From Laetmonice hystrix (Eukaryota): a stretch of 64,000 nt of DNA. The first letter of the stretch is position 1. Each line of letters opens with the position of its first letter. Both the position numbers and the translations under genes were made by a program. Of the stretch, positions 26,675 to 39,614 are shown piece by piece. The DNA lies in assembly GCA_965235115.1 (NCBI GenBank), contig OZ249436.1, positions 35,590,001 to 35,654,000 on the forward strand, given 5' to 3'. A model generated the notes under the pieces. That model worked only from the letters and a program-made list of their open reading frames with translations. It made no database searches and was not told the origin of the DNA.

Positions 26675-26713
<39 letters not shown>
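25711..26713 (+). mobile_element. LINE 3' end, unit 3 copy
   Basis: Same ORF remnant; tail one repeat shorter. Confidence 0.75.
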
Positions 26714-26714
<1 letters not shown>

Positions 26715-27894
26715 TTCAACCGTGCGTTTGACTTGTCTGTGAAAGTCTATAGCCTACAACAGCTTCAACAGCGGTCTTGATCATCAAACAGCGAAGCGAC
26801 CGGAAGTTGGGCCGAGGTTTTCCGAATGCATCAAGACCCTAACGGCCCCAGCCACACAGTCAGATACAATCTCCCATAATGCAAAGGGGTTTGCTTCGCA
26901 TACCGCTCTGCCACACATGCCTTTTACAGGCGAAATCGGGCCCCTAAGCGTTTAACCCCGTTCTATCAAAGTCGGCCGTGCTGTATGGTATCTGTAAAAC
27001 TTAACGTACCTCTAAACCCCAAAACCGAAAGTATACCAATTAAATGACATTCACCGTACAAGAGAAATACCTGATCAAATATTAGGAACTACATTTGCGG
27101 AGGGAAATCAGCTAGTCGCAAGTCGGTCGGGGCAATTTCGGGATGATTCGAAATACTTCGGGTGTTTCGGACTACTTTCGGACTAGGTACTTCTGCAGAT
27201 GATTTCTCCGAATATTTAAATGTTTGTGTGGCATCATATTTTGAGAGTCTGTGCTTAAAAAGTAAACAAGAGTGCCTCAGCTAATTATAACCAGGAAGCA
27301 GCGGTCGAGCAGCCATGATTCGAGCTCGACAATGTTCGGCTGTTCCGGTCGGGGATTTCTAGGTCAGGTCAGGGGTCACTCAAACGGTTACCCAGTGTGT
27401 GGCAGCGATTGAACGAAGAGAACGATCTCTGTCCCGAGACTCTGGTGCATTTCAATAAAGCCCAAAGATATCTTTGAAAACCTCGCTGGAGCCAGGTGCA
27501 AGGTTTTTATTGAAACACTGTATTACCGTGGCCCAGAAGTATCATCATTGTTTTTTCTGCATTTAATTTTGATTTTTTTTAACATTTGATTGTAGATGAA
27601 TTTGATGATGAATAATCCACAGTCTTTAAACCAACACGTTGGTGGCGAAGGGGTCGGTGGTAGGATTCAGTGCATCAAGGACACTCCGTTCACTTCGATG
27701 ATCCATTGAAAGTGAGACCGACGTTGGGTGATTTTCGTTGGGTTCCAAACTGACCGCAAGATGGCGTGTGTGAAGTTACCAGCAGGTGGAGCTAGTTCAA
27801 AGCGATTGAAACTATTATTCATTTACTCAATCAACTTATATTACCGTCACCTCCGTGCGTTAATATCTATTTAATTTTTAAATTTTTCCCTGTA

Positions 27895-28135
27895 ATTCTC
27901 ACCTCGGTGGTAATTATTTCACCCTCGGTGGAAATTATTTCAACCTCGGTGGTAAGTATTCTCACCTTAGTGGAAATTATTCAACCTCGGTGGAAATTAT
28001 TTCAACCTCGGTGGAAATTATCTCAACCTCGGTGGAAATTATCCTAACCTCAGTGCTAATTATTCTAACCTCAGTAGTAATTATTTCAACCTCGGTGGAA
28101 ATTGTTTCAACCTCGGTGGAAATTATTTCAACCTC
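27895..28135. repeat. 21-bp minisatellite, unit 3 copy
   Basis: Same array as 16167-16407. Confidence 0.93.
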
Positions 28136-29215
28136 TTAAAACGATGGTTCTCAGATGAAACCTTAACACTCTCCGCAAGGATTGCAACTGTGGCGGAGAA
28201 CCTCTATTTGATGTTGGCCTCGACGACATTAATGATGTTTTTCGGTAAGGAAAATCTCACAATTAGCCTGAATGGGTCATCTGATTTTGGCGCTTGTTCA
28301 GGGCGTAGAATGAATAACCAGATCTGTTGGTCACAAGATTGTTATACAGTGTTAAATTTCTATTTACATGTACTGGTAGTTACTTCTACATTAAAGAATC
28401 TAATAGACATACAAATGATTTTAAGTTGACTGATATGACCATTTGAATATGTTTTATGCTGGCTCGATGGTGATTGAGAGACTCGAAATAATGGAGTTCC
28501 CTCTTTTCCGCGTGGCGGCAGCACTATCGCCTGCGAGTCTCCCAATTGTGCTACTCTGTATGTATCCCTAAAAGCGCTTTTCCTCTTTAAGCTTCTGCTA
28601 TAGGCGCTATAAGCTTCTTATCGGTTCCTTTGACACGTGCCATAATGTCAAAGTTGGTCAGCCTTGATGAACAAGGTAATCATCTCTGTCCTTATTAACA
28701 TAGCCTTATAACTGTAACTTTATTTTTTTAATTAATTAACCGATGTACCAGCAAATCTTACTTGTGTTTGTCTTATTCTAAAGGTGCTTTATTCGGAGTT
28801 ATGACATGCGCCAACAACGCTGCGACTCTGGTGAGCAGTTTGGCAGTCACCCAGCTCTACAGCGCCACCCTGCTTGTCATGCGTGGGTTCATCTTCATGA
28901 CGGGTGCGATATGTGGCACCATCAGCGTAGGCCTTCTCATGTACGTCCCCGGACCATCGATGTCAGCATTAATCTGACAGAGAAAGCACTTTCTGTCATC
29001 AGTAATAGACCTACCAGCGTAGATAGTTTCTCATGGTGACAGTGCGGTCAGGGATGGATCATGAATCTCGTTAATGTACAAAATGTGCATGAATGAAGTT
29101 AGTCTTCCTTCAGAGGTTAAAGCTGTTCTCTGTTTTTTTCAGATTATATATCTGGAAGACACGCTCAGGGGGAAAACGCACTCTCCGCAACAGAAAAGCT
29201 TTAAACGATAACTAG
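28133..29215 (+). pseudogene. Orphan 3' exons of SLC46-like transporter (unit 3)
   Basis: Exons 28133-28244 (truncated), 28592-28675, 28784-28940 and 29143-29215; one N>T change relative to the other units. Confidence 0.85.
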
Positions 29216-29323
29216 TGTGGTCCTGTCCATACGAAAGAATACGTGTACGGTATTTAAATGAGGTATTATGACATGTGAAAACATAGAATAGGGTCGCAGT
29301 GTCGGTACATACAGTGTTCTTTT

Positions 29324-29370
<47 letters not shown>

Positions 29371-30467
29371 CTCTTTCTTTCTTTCGTTTGGACGACGGAA
29401 CATTTTAACAAATGGGATTCTGTTATATTATACCTGTTTGCTTATAAATTATTAGCCAGTGTGAATTCTGACAGCATATTGTAACGGTCAAGACCTGGCA
29501 TCTATTTTTAGGCATTACAACTTCCGTCCATCATGGCAGAGCACAGTTATTTTTAGCTGATGACGTCCTTCCCACCTTGATTCATCTTTTTGCATATTAC
29601 AAGACAGTGGTCTAAATAGGCCTACTTTTGGTTTTATTGTGGTTTATTCGTTCGGTTAGTTTTACACAATGTTGAGTAGATATATAATGCGTTCTGGTGA
29701 CAGCCACGGTTATATAACTTGCAGTGTGTGACTGGGTGCGTCCCAGATTTTGAACTCGTGCACTTGATTTGTGTACTACGATATGTTCAGGGAACGGCTT
29801 CTAAGAACCGTTATACGATTTGTATACTCGTTGACTGACTAATTAAATGTGTAAACTGCACCACTCTTTGAGTCCTCAGTTTTCTATAGTGTTAATGCCA
29901 TCCAGTGATCGTTCCCCCGCTGCCCGCCCCCCACGCATAACGAAGTACTATTCGAACACAACGGAGAAGTACGAGATGACATGTATGCAATGGCCGTTTG
30001 TTGTTGGGTATATGAAGGATTCTTTATTATTTCACAGCTAAACACTCCACCAAACGCCAAAGAACCGTTGCAACATTCTGACAGAGATACAACCGCCACC
30101 ACAGAAGAGTTAGATACTGTTGAGACTAACGGTAGGGTACTTTATGTGTCGCGAGCGGGAACACACACAGGTCTGGTATCATCCCGCTAGCCTCCCACCC
30201 GCTAGACCCCCGTTTAGCGGGCGGGGGGGGGGGGGCTAGCGGGGGTAATCCGTAGGTCTATATAATGCAGGCCTATATATAGGCACATTACTGAGTCAGT
30301 CGCGGCAAATATACGTATACATACCCTTTGGATGGTCAGCCAGAATGAGGGAGGAGAACTGAAAGCGCCGCGTCAACCTATAATAGACCTGAGAGCCTTT
30401 CCAGGAGCTGTTTGTTTATATAAGAAATCTTCGCTGAGTTAACCGGCCAACACTGACGGCGATCAAC

Positions 30468-33400
30468 ATGTTGCTGTTGGGCATTGTGGAAATCCCGCTA
30501 TGGGTCATCCTGGGATGCCTCGCCATCACGATATTCCTCGTGTAAGTAGAGCACTGACCTATAAACTTTATATTCCCCTAGCCTTGTATGGCGAGCCTTG
30601 TATACCCGATCAGTAGGTCAATATATCTATTACTTGGAGACTGAATATACACACATATCACGTATATACGAAACACTGCTTCATGCTATAGCTGCTTCGA
30701 TTTGCTTCGAGTTCAAATACAGTCAATCCTCATTACAATGTAGGCCTATCTCTCCGACACCTTGAAATAAAGCCGAAAAAAAGTGATCTCTCACCTAATT
30801 TTTCTCCGGAGACGGGCGAGCAATGGAGTTTTTAGAAATAGTTTCAGAAGAGAAGAGGGTGCTTCATCACAGATATGTAATATTGTCCCAATGGGCCACC
30901 GATTACCCACCAAACGGTGGGCCTCCTTCTAATTGTTTTCCATCATGCTTGAAAAGGCCTAGTCTGACTTGGTGCAAGTGGTCTTTTAGGGGTTTTTGAT
31001 AAAATGGACCATTAGTTCTCTATATCATTGGTCACATCGGAGTGGTTCAACCACCAAACTGAAGCATGATTAGTTACTCCTTCGCGATAAGTATAGCTTT
31101 GCTTATTTTTCAAAATTTCATACATATGGCATACAATGGGTATATACACAAAGTATAGGTTTGACTGTAGTCCTTCCCCCTCCCCTCAATGTGTACGGGC
31201 ATATACACATATACACTCGCAATTTGTAGGCTAAATTAAAGCAGAGAACATACAGTTTAGTCTAAAAATGAGAATTCTCGACATATCGTGCAATGCTCTG
31301 ACAATAAGCATTCGGTCAGATATTCATGTATAGGTCTCTTTCTTTTTTACAGTTACAATACGTGGCACTTCAACTTCTTCCGCAAACAGGGCATCCCGGG
31401 AGATCGGCCATGGCCAATCATCGGAAATATTTCATTTAGGGGCGATCGCGTCAAGGTACAGATCAAAAATAGAGTCTACTGATTGAAATGGGCAATAATC
31501 AGATCGGGACATATCCAGTGCATGCCACCTGTGCTTTAAATTGTCATGTGGTTAAACGTAGGGGCCTATACCACATAATGTAGGCTTATCGTTTCAAATT
31601 GGCATCATGGGCGACCTGTTTTTTTATCACAGCCGAACGTGATTGGTTGAAATGATTGACTCTAAATACTGCCCCCTCTTTACATCCATATCCTCGCATA
31701 TTATATAGGAATGAAATTATTTTAAAGAAGCAGGGTGTCAAAATGAATGGTAATGAAATCCAACCGCTATAATTCCAGGAGTACCCGTACATGGAGACCG
31801 AAATTCAGGAGAAACATGGGGACATATTTGCGTAGGTATAGTCCTACTGTAACCTCACTCGAATCCCGTACTTTGAACCACTGGGCGTGACCTAGAAACC
31901 TAGTAGGCCTATGAGAGGGCCCCTAGCTGCTATGTATGCAACACACATCTTTGGATAGAAGTTTATCCAATAAGCCGGTCGGCCGGCCCGCCGGTCCGTA
32001 ATGCCGATTCCGAAAATGCATAGGTGTATAGTTGGGCCCATTACAATGAGTGTAGACATCAATAAGGTACATAATATATCAGCACATACAAATATATCGC
32101 AAAATGGTTTCCGATTTTTGTTAACTATGGCCTATAGGCCTACACAAAGGTGAAGGAAACTATAGGCAAGGATGGGTATTGTCATCTCTTATCCATTGCA
32201 GAGAATTCATCGGCCGTATTCCCTGCCTTGTAGTGCACGATGAGAGCTTTCTATCGGAAGTTTTGGTCAAGAGTTTCCCGGACTTTTGTGATCGATCGGT
32301 GAGTGGAAACTACTATAATCTTCAGTCCAGGCCCAGGTTTTAGAAAGCCTCAAAGCAGCAAACTTGAAGCTAAGCAGGACTACGGTGGCCCATGAGGACA
32401 AGGACCTTAACTTTCTACATTGATTTTCATAGATATTTCACGGCAATGGCAATATCACCACGGATAAATTATTATCAATATGAAAATATCGATGAAAATA
32501 GATCTAGAAAGTTATAAACAATAAAGATCTATATTCCTGGGTTGCCGTATAGCTCTGCTTAGCTTAAAGCTTGCTGCTTACAGCCTTTCTGAAACCGTGG
32601 CCAGATTGTAAACGATATCATTTTCAACCCTTTTCATTCCATAGATTAACGCATAAATGCATGGAAAATAGGTAACTTTTCCAACAACAACAAAAACGAA
32701 GTTAAGCACATTTTAATGAGTTCAACTTTCAGAGTGTACTCAACGGAGACGAAGTGAGTGATGCTATGCTACTCAACAGTATGGGAGAAAGATGGAAGCG
32801 CATGCGCAGTTATATGACCCCAACATTCAGCACTGGTAAACTAAAACAGGTGAATATCTGTTTCAATCTCATTTCACCAATACAAGTGGTGCATGGAAAG
32901 TATCTCAACACTACGATAAGCACTCATTTACACTGGACATCCTGGCATGCTTGAAACTAAGGAGGCTAATGAGGTTTTTATTTTAGGTGAGAAAACAGGT
33001 CTTATTAAAATTGGTGAATTGGGGGTGGGGTGGGGGGGTCATAGATATATCCATTCCAAACACCTCTCCCATGAGGATAATATACGTTTCAGATGATCCC
33101 CGAGATCAACCGGTGTGCTCGGCAGTTGGCCAACAACCTGGCGAAAGAGGCCGAAAAGGGAGAAACTCTAGACATGCGTGGGTAAGTATTTGGAACTTCA
33201 GTAAAACCCTTATAGCCATTATAATGTAGCAGTCTAATAATAAATGAGTCTATCTCGCTCACAAATGTCATTGTTAGTTTCTTCTGTTCAAATCCGTAAT
33301 TAATTATGTAGGCTATGTATTAATCTAATTTGTGTGCAGTTTGACTGGCGCCTTTTCCATGGATGTCATCGCCAGCACGGCGTTCGGCATGCGGGTGGAC

Positions 33401-36400
33401 TCTCAGAACGATGCCGACAGTGTATTTGTCCAGAAGGCCAAACGCGGCTTTAGTCGGTCAATGTTCAACCCTCTCTATCTTCTGGCCTGTAAGGGAATTT
33501 GTCTGCTTCAACAGCCATAATACATGATCTAGTATTTCTCTTCTCAGACCGCCACAAGACAACATTTAGAAACAGATGTTGCTTTTTTATTTAACATCGC
33601 AGAGGACGGATATTCTGACATTTTTCTTCATATTTTTCTATAAGCCTATATTTGAAGTTCAATTCCATTTCATGGAAAGTATTGGTTTAACCCATTAAAC
33701 TCTATGCATAGATCAATTTGTAATACCCCCCCCCCCCCCAAAAAAAAAGGAACAGAAAGCTGGCCTATTGATTTCTTATTACTAGATTCATTAGGCCTAA
33801 CTATCACCTAGCGGGACACAAAGTAGGCTAACCATGCCCAACATTATGTTTGTAGTTTTCCTCCCGGCCGCCGTTCCACTGGCAACGAAGTTGGGTCTGA
33901 ACAGCTTTTTGCCTCGTGACGTCATGGATTTCTTTAGGGACGTAACCCTAAAAGCAATGGAAGCTCGTAAGACCAACCAAGATCAGGTAATAGGCCTATT
34001 ATACACATAAAAATAGAATCAACGTCATGACAGATTGGTCCAGACACGTGTAGATCTATTTATTTAGCAAATGTTGGACGGCAGCGAGTCCACTATACAG
34101 TTTACGGGACTTCGAAAAGCGATAATGGCTTCGGCTTCGCCTCGCCGCACTTTTCTTCGTCCCGTAAACTAAGTCCTATAGTGGACTCACCGCCATACAA
34201 CATTTGTAGGCCTATCATATAATCGAAAGGGGCCGTCCATCACTTAGGCTACGTAACGCGAAATTTTGACCAAACTACATAATGTATGGATCAGGTTGAG
34301 CACTGTAGTCTCATATTCTCATAAGGGTGATGTTGATCATGTAGATTTACAATCTTTTTGTCTCGTGTATTTCTTTGCAAAGAGTCGTACCGATTTCCTA
34401 CAATTAGTGATGAACGTTGAGCGGGATGAGAACGTACAGGCAGTGCCAGACACCGGCCATGACAAGGACGTAACGAAACCAACTAAAGGTACAACTGTGC
34501 TCATTGTCCGCATCTCTCTGCACACCTGAAAGGCCGGAAATTAATACCACGTTCATTTCGTTCAAACTCTAGCACAAGGTATAGGCCTACGGTAAAGGCA
34601 GTGGCGGATCCGGAGGGAAGGGGATACGGGGGTTGCCCCCCCCCCCGTTTCGAAGTAATCTTTCTTTTTTTTCTGCCTGAAAGGTTCAAACCAAACATAC
34701 ACAACCCCCTGCCAACACCCATAACACCCCCACCCCCCCCCACCCCCACCCCCGGTTAGAGCAAACCCGGATCCGCCCCTGCAAGAGTAAACTAAAGAGG
34801 GTCTAGATCTATATTTGGACGTGTATAGGGCGTTTCATCCGCGATATCTGTCTAACTTACAGGGCTCTCAACGACTGAGATTCTTGCCAACGCTATCCTG
34901 TTCTTTATCGCTGGCTACGACACGACTGCCTCGGCAGTTTGTATGCTCCTGTACAACTTGGCCCTGAACGACGACTGCCAACAGCAACTCCTACAGGAGA
35001 TTGATAGCGTTGTGGGAGAGAACGTATGTAATACTGTGTAAACATGCGTGACGTACAGACGAGATCAATGGACAGAAGGGGCGCGGAAAGAAATATTCAA
35101 CTCCTACTTCTCTTTGTGCATGCGTACATAATATTTCTGGCGGCCTCGGTCCCATGTAACGAGAAACGTTTTTAGCGTCTAGCTTCAGCCCGACATGAGC
35201 TTGGGCACATTAAATACACCTGTACATAACCTACGATAAAACAGGACAACAAAGTAATTAAGGGTGAGGTCAATATACCAAGACTAGTCTATCTGCCGAA
35301 AGTCCATGGTACGGGGTTAAATCCTTGTCATTCTTTCTTCAGGACCTGATCACCTATGACAAGTTGTCTGAGATGCCGTACCTGGACCAATGCATTTCGG
35401 AATCCCTGCGCCTTTTCCCGCCCTTGGTTAGGTGAGTATAGCTAGATGGGGATAGGGAATATACATGTATAGGTACCAATATATAAAGATGTAATTTAAC
35501 GTGGGCTTCTGGCTAAATGCTTGTCCATTCGCATCCTGTGCAACAGCAATATTCTAAATTCAACATGTTCTTGGACTATAGAGGAGAAGTAGGCTAAACG
35601 TTCGTGAAACCTATCACTCATACCGTTTGTTTATATTTGAGAACATTTAAGGTTATTTTTCTGACAGGGCCAATCGTGAGGCCAAGCGAGACGTCACCAT
35701 CAATGGGGTCCACATCAAGAAAGGCATGATTGTAATGATTCCAATATTTGGCATTCACCATGACCCCAAAAAATGGCCAAACCCCCTACAGTTTGACCCA
35801 ACAAGGTATGTGGACCCATTAAAACCTATTACTCTAGTTCACATTATTATGTCCTTCTTGGCTTCTTCTTTATAAGCTGTCCATATGAATACCAATACGG
35901 CCTATGATAGAACTTTAGTAGATCCAGGATTTTTTAAGGGGTGGGGACCTTTAATATAAGAAAAAAAGGAAAACTGGTGTTGAAAGGGGGTTGAACCCTG
36001 CTGGAACCGCCCTTAGAAAGAGAGTTACATTCTGTCTAGCCCTTCATGTCCTGATACGCCATGAGAAAAACAAATCCAATGAACTCACTTTAAGACTCTG
36101 GATTGGAGAACAGATGTATCGAAAAATGGGTTCCGTCAATGAAGGACATGATCCTCCATAGCCAGAGAAGTATAGCTTGGTAAATTATATTCTTGGCAGT
36201 GCTGACCCCTCCCTCCCCCAAACCAATTCTTACTCTAAACCCCCCGTCCCCACCCCCTTACCAAAGTCCTGGATCCGCCCGGGCCGGGCAGCCCCTGCTC
36301 AGGGTCTGCTACAAGACGTGGACTCTACCATTCTTTACAAATGCTGGACCGGTCTTTTATGCCTTTTATTCTAAGCCTACAAACTTACAAGGTATAGGGC

Positions 36401-36943
36401 CTAGGAGTAACTTTATGTACATGCGTTCGAATAATAAGCTACAACTTTACATTTTTAGATTTTTGCCGGAGAACAAAGCAGGTCGGAATCCTTTCCATTT
36501 CTTCCCGTTTGGAATGGGCCCTCGGAACTGTATTGGAATGCGGCTTGCCCTGGCTGAGTTAAAGATTGCCATGGTTCATGTCTTACGGAAAGTCAAGGTC
36601 ACACCAGCTACAGACACGCCGGTAGGTTTCACGGCTCCTCCCACAAAGGTGGCGGCAAGCAAATTTGAGAACTTTAAAAGTATTTATTGGCAATTGTCGC
36701 ATGTCACTTGTGAAATTCTCCTGCTTTGCATGCATGCCTTAATAGTCAACAGTTTGATTCCTCGCTCATATACACTATTATGTCTAGGCTATATAGAGCA
36801 TATAATAGTGAACCATTGTGGGCTCTTTTAACTGTGTCTCTTTGCCGGTGATGCAGTCGCGTGTGAAATTCACTGTGGCACCACTTCTCACTCCTGCTTC
36901 GCCCATCATGCTCAACGTTGAGGCCAGGAAGAAATCAAACTGA
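30468..36943 (+). CDS. Cytochrome P450, CYP3 clan, copy 4 (complete, 14 exons; exons 11-14 diverged from copies 1-3)
   Basis: Exons 30468-30541, 31353-31455, 31779-31831, 32202-32298, 32733-32849, 33093-33181, 33340-33488, 33856-33986, 34383-34488, 34863-35023, 35343-35431, 35668-35805, 36459-36621, 36857-36943. Frame and all P450 motifs intact. Confidence 0.95.
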
Positions 36944-37339
36944 CACGCTACACTGGACAATCGAGGCTTCCTTGACCTGAATAATGGGACATGGCCTACT
37001 GATACTGACAGGCCGAGAGTCACTCGGGTACGATGGTACCATAACCAGCATTTTATATATACCTACTTTAGGTTACAAGACAGTAATCCAGCGAAATTTT
37101 TACACTTGTCAACCTTGCTCGCTAGTCTTGCCAGGGCCCTCAGTGTAGGCTAGTGATACACAATAAATTAGGACATGTAAACATCCCTAACAACCGTTAG
37201 TATATAGGCCTATATTCTGAGCCAATTATGTCAAATATAAGTCTTTCTTGACTAGGTAGACATTATCTTTCACATGTAGGCTACTACCGCATGGCAAAAT
37301 AGAAAGGAATACAGACAATTCACAAATAAAGAACCTTGG

Positions 37340-38056
37340 ATCACAACCACTTGCCCATGCATATAATAAACATACATAAGTATATAGCCTAGGCCTATCA
37401 AACGACATTGTGAGCTTACTGTATTGTACAAGAATGCTGATTTTCCTTTCGTGGTAAAGAAACGCGTGTTAGAGTCAGCTTTATTATCTGCCATTTTGTA
37501 CAGCTCCGATGCCTGGCTCACAACTAACCTCAAGACTGCAGAAACCATGTATCACTCTGCGATAACTTATGTAAAAGGTCACATACGCGAGCAGCAAAAT
37601 ACATTAATGAACAAGTGGCTGAGCGAGACCCCATTGGCAGTGACAGCCAAACTTCAGCAGCGAGTTCGCAACAGTACACGAACAAAATTTAAGTCGTACT
37701 TTGAGGAGATCAATCCACAGCTTTCAGTGAACCATGTATATATCTTGACGATTCCAATAACATTCCCGAGAGGCATCGCGTTGTAGTTACTAGACTGAGA
37801 AATACATCACATTACTTGGCAATAGAGACTGGTACCGGTAGGTGGAGCCGCATGTGCTGCCGTTACAAAAAGTTAGAGTTTGCGTCCCCGAGATTTCGTT
37901 TTGTGATGACCCGCTGGTCATGTCATTTCGTCTATTACCGGACCTGACCCTGAATTCATATATGTGCTTTATGTCCCTTATATGTCTGTTTTTGGTCCGT
38001 TTTGTATCCTGCTTTTGCCTGGGTTTAGTCAATAAAGTTTACTTACTTACTTACTT
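37340..38056 (+). mobile_element. LINE 3' end behind copy 4 (internally deleted, frameshifted)
   Basis: Homologous to 2864-3870 with deletions (including the Cys-rich segment) and a short (TTAC)n tail. Confidence 0.72.
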
Positions 38057-39020
38057 ATTCAACCGTGCGTTGGACTTGTCTGTGAAAGTCTATAGCCTAC
38101 AACTGCTTCAACAGCGGTCTTGATCATCAAGACCCTGACGGCCCCAGCCACACAGTCAGCTACAATCTCCCATAATGCAAAGGGGTTTGCTTCGCATACC
38201 GCTCTGCCACACATGCCTTTTTACAGGCGAAATCGGGCCCCTAAGCGTTTAACCCCGTTCTATCAAAGTCGGCCGTGCTGTATGGTATCTGTAAAACTTA
38301 ACGTACCTCTAAACCCCAAAACCGAAAGTATACCAATTAAATGACATTCACCGTACAAGAGAAATACCTGATCAAATATTAGGAACTACAATTGCGGAGG
38401 GAAATCAGCTAGTCGCAAGTCGGTCGGGGCAATTTCTGGATGATCCGAAATACTTTGGGTGTTTCGGACTATAGGTACTTCTGCAGATGATTTGTCCGAA
38501 TATTTGAATGTTTGTGTGGCATCATATTTTAAGAGTCTGTGCTAAAAGTAAACGAGAGTGCCTCAGCTAATTATAACCAGGAAGCAGCGGTCGAGCAGCC
38601 ACGATTCGAGCTCGGCAATGTTCGGCTGTTCCGGTCGGGGATTTCTAGGTCAGGTCAGGGTCACTCAAACAGTAGTACCCATATGTGTGGCAGCGATTGA
38701 ACGAAGAGAACGATCTCTGTCCCGAGACTCTGGTGCATTTCAATAAAGCCCAAAGATATCTTTGAAAACCTCGCTGGAGCCAGGTGAGAGGTTTTTATTG
38801 AAACACTGTATTACCGTGGCCCAGAAGTATCATCTTTGTTTTTTCTGCATTTAATTTTGATTTTTTTAACATTTGATTGTAGATGAATTTGATGATGAAT
38901 AATCCACAGTCTCTAAACCAACACGTTGGTGGCGAAGGGGTCGGTGGTAGGATTCAGTGCATCAAGGACACTGCGTTCACTTCGATGATCTATTGAAAGT
39001 GAGACCGACGTTGGGTGATT

Positions 39021-39278
39021 TTAAATGGTAGAAGTTAGAGCTATAGTTACTATTAAACACTAATAGGAAGATACACATGATCTTTCATTTCAGACCAAGA
39101 TTTATTACGTAGCCTGACGTGCCACCTCATAATTACGCTATTGGCATCTTTTAAAGCTTATAAGTCATTAACTGCGCAAGATTGAACCATAGTTTAGTTA
39201 CCCTACTCAGAACATGTCATATATCACGTGAATCCCCGGGGATGGGATCAATTGTGGTATCGCCACAACGTGTCTAGT
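39021..39278 (+). mobile_element. 3' end of a Helitron-like non-autonomous element
   Basis: Reverse complement of about 54118-54371. Ends in a small hairpin (gtggtatcgccac) followed by CTAG|T. Confidence 0.55.
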
Positions 39279-39288
39279 TTTTCCCTGT

Positions 39289-39614
39289 AATTTCCACCTC
39301 GGTGGTAATTATTTCAACCTCGGTGGTAAGTATTCTCACCTTGGTGGAAATTATTCAACCTCGGTGGAAATTATTTCAACCTCGGTGGAAATTATCTCAA
39401 CCTCGGTGGAAATTATCCCAACCTCAGTGCTAATTATTCTAACCTCAGTAGTAATTATTTCAACCTCGGTGGAAATTGTTTCAACCTCGGTGGAAATTAT
39501 TTCAACCTCGGTGGAAATTTTTTCAACCTCGGTGGAAATTATTTCAACCTCGGTGGAAAGTATTTCAACCTCGGTGGTAATTATTTCAAGCTCGGTGGAA
39601 ATTATTTCAACCTC
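39289..39614. repeat. 21-bp minisatellite, longer version (about 15 copies)
   Basis: Same unit, with the same internal variant copies (cctcagtgctaatt, cctcagtagtaatt) as in units 2 and 3. Confidence 0.93.

Larger units (their letters stand above)
1..39020. repeat. Tandem segmental duplication, about 3.4 units of 11.1-11.7 kb
   Basis: The same sequence and ORFs recur at offsets of 11115, then about 11731 and 11720. Near-identity holds to about 35250, followed by diverged homology to about 39020. Confidence 0.97.
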
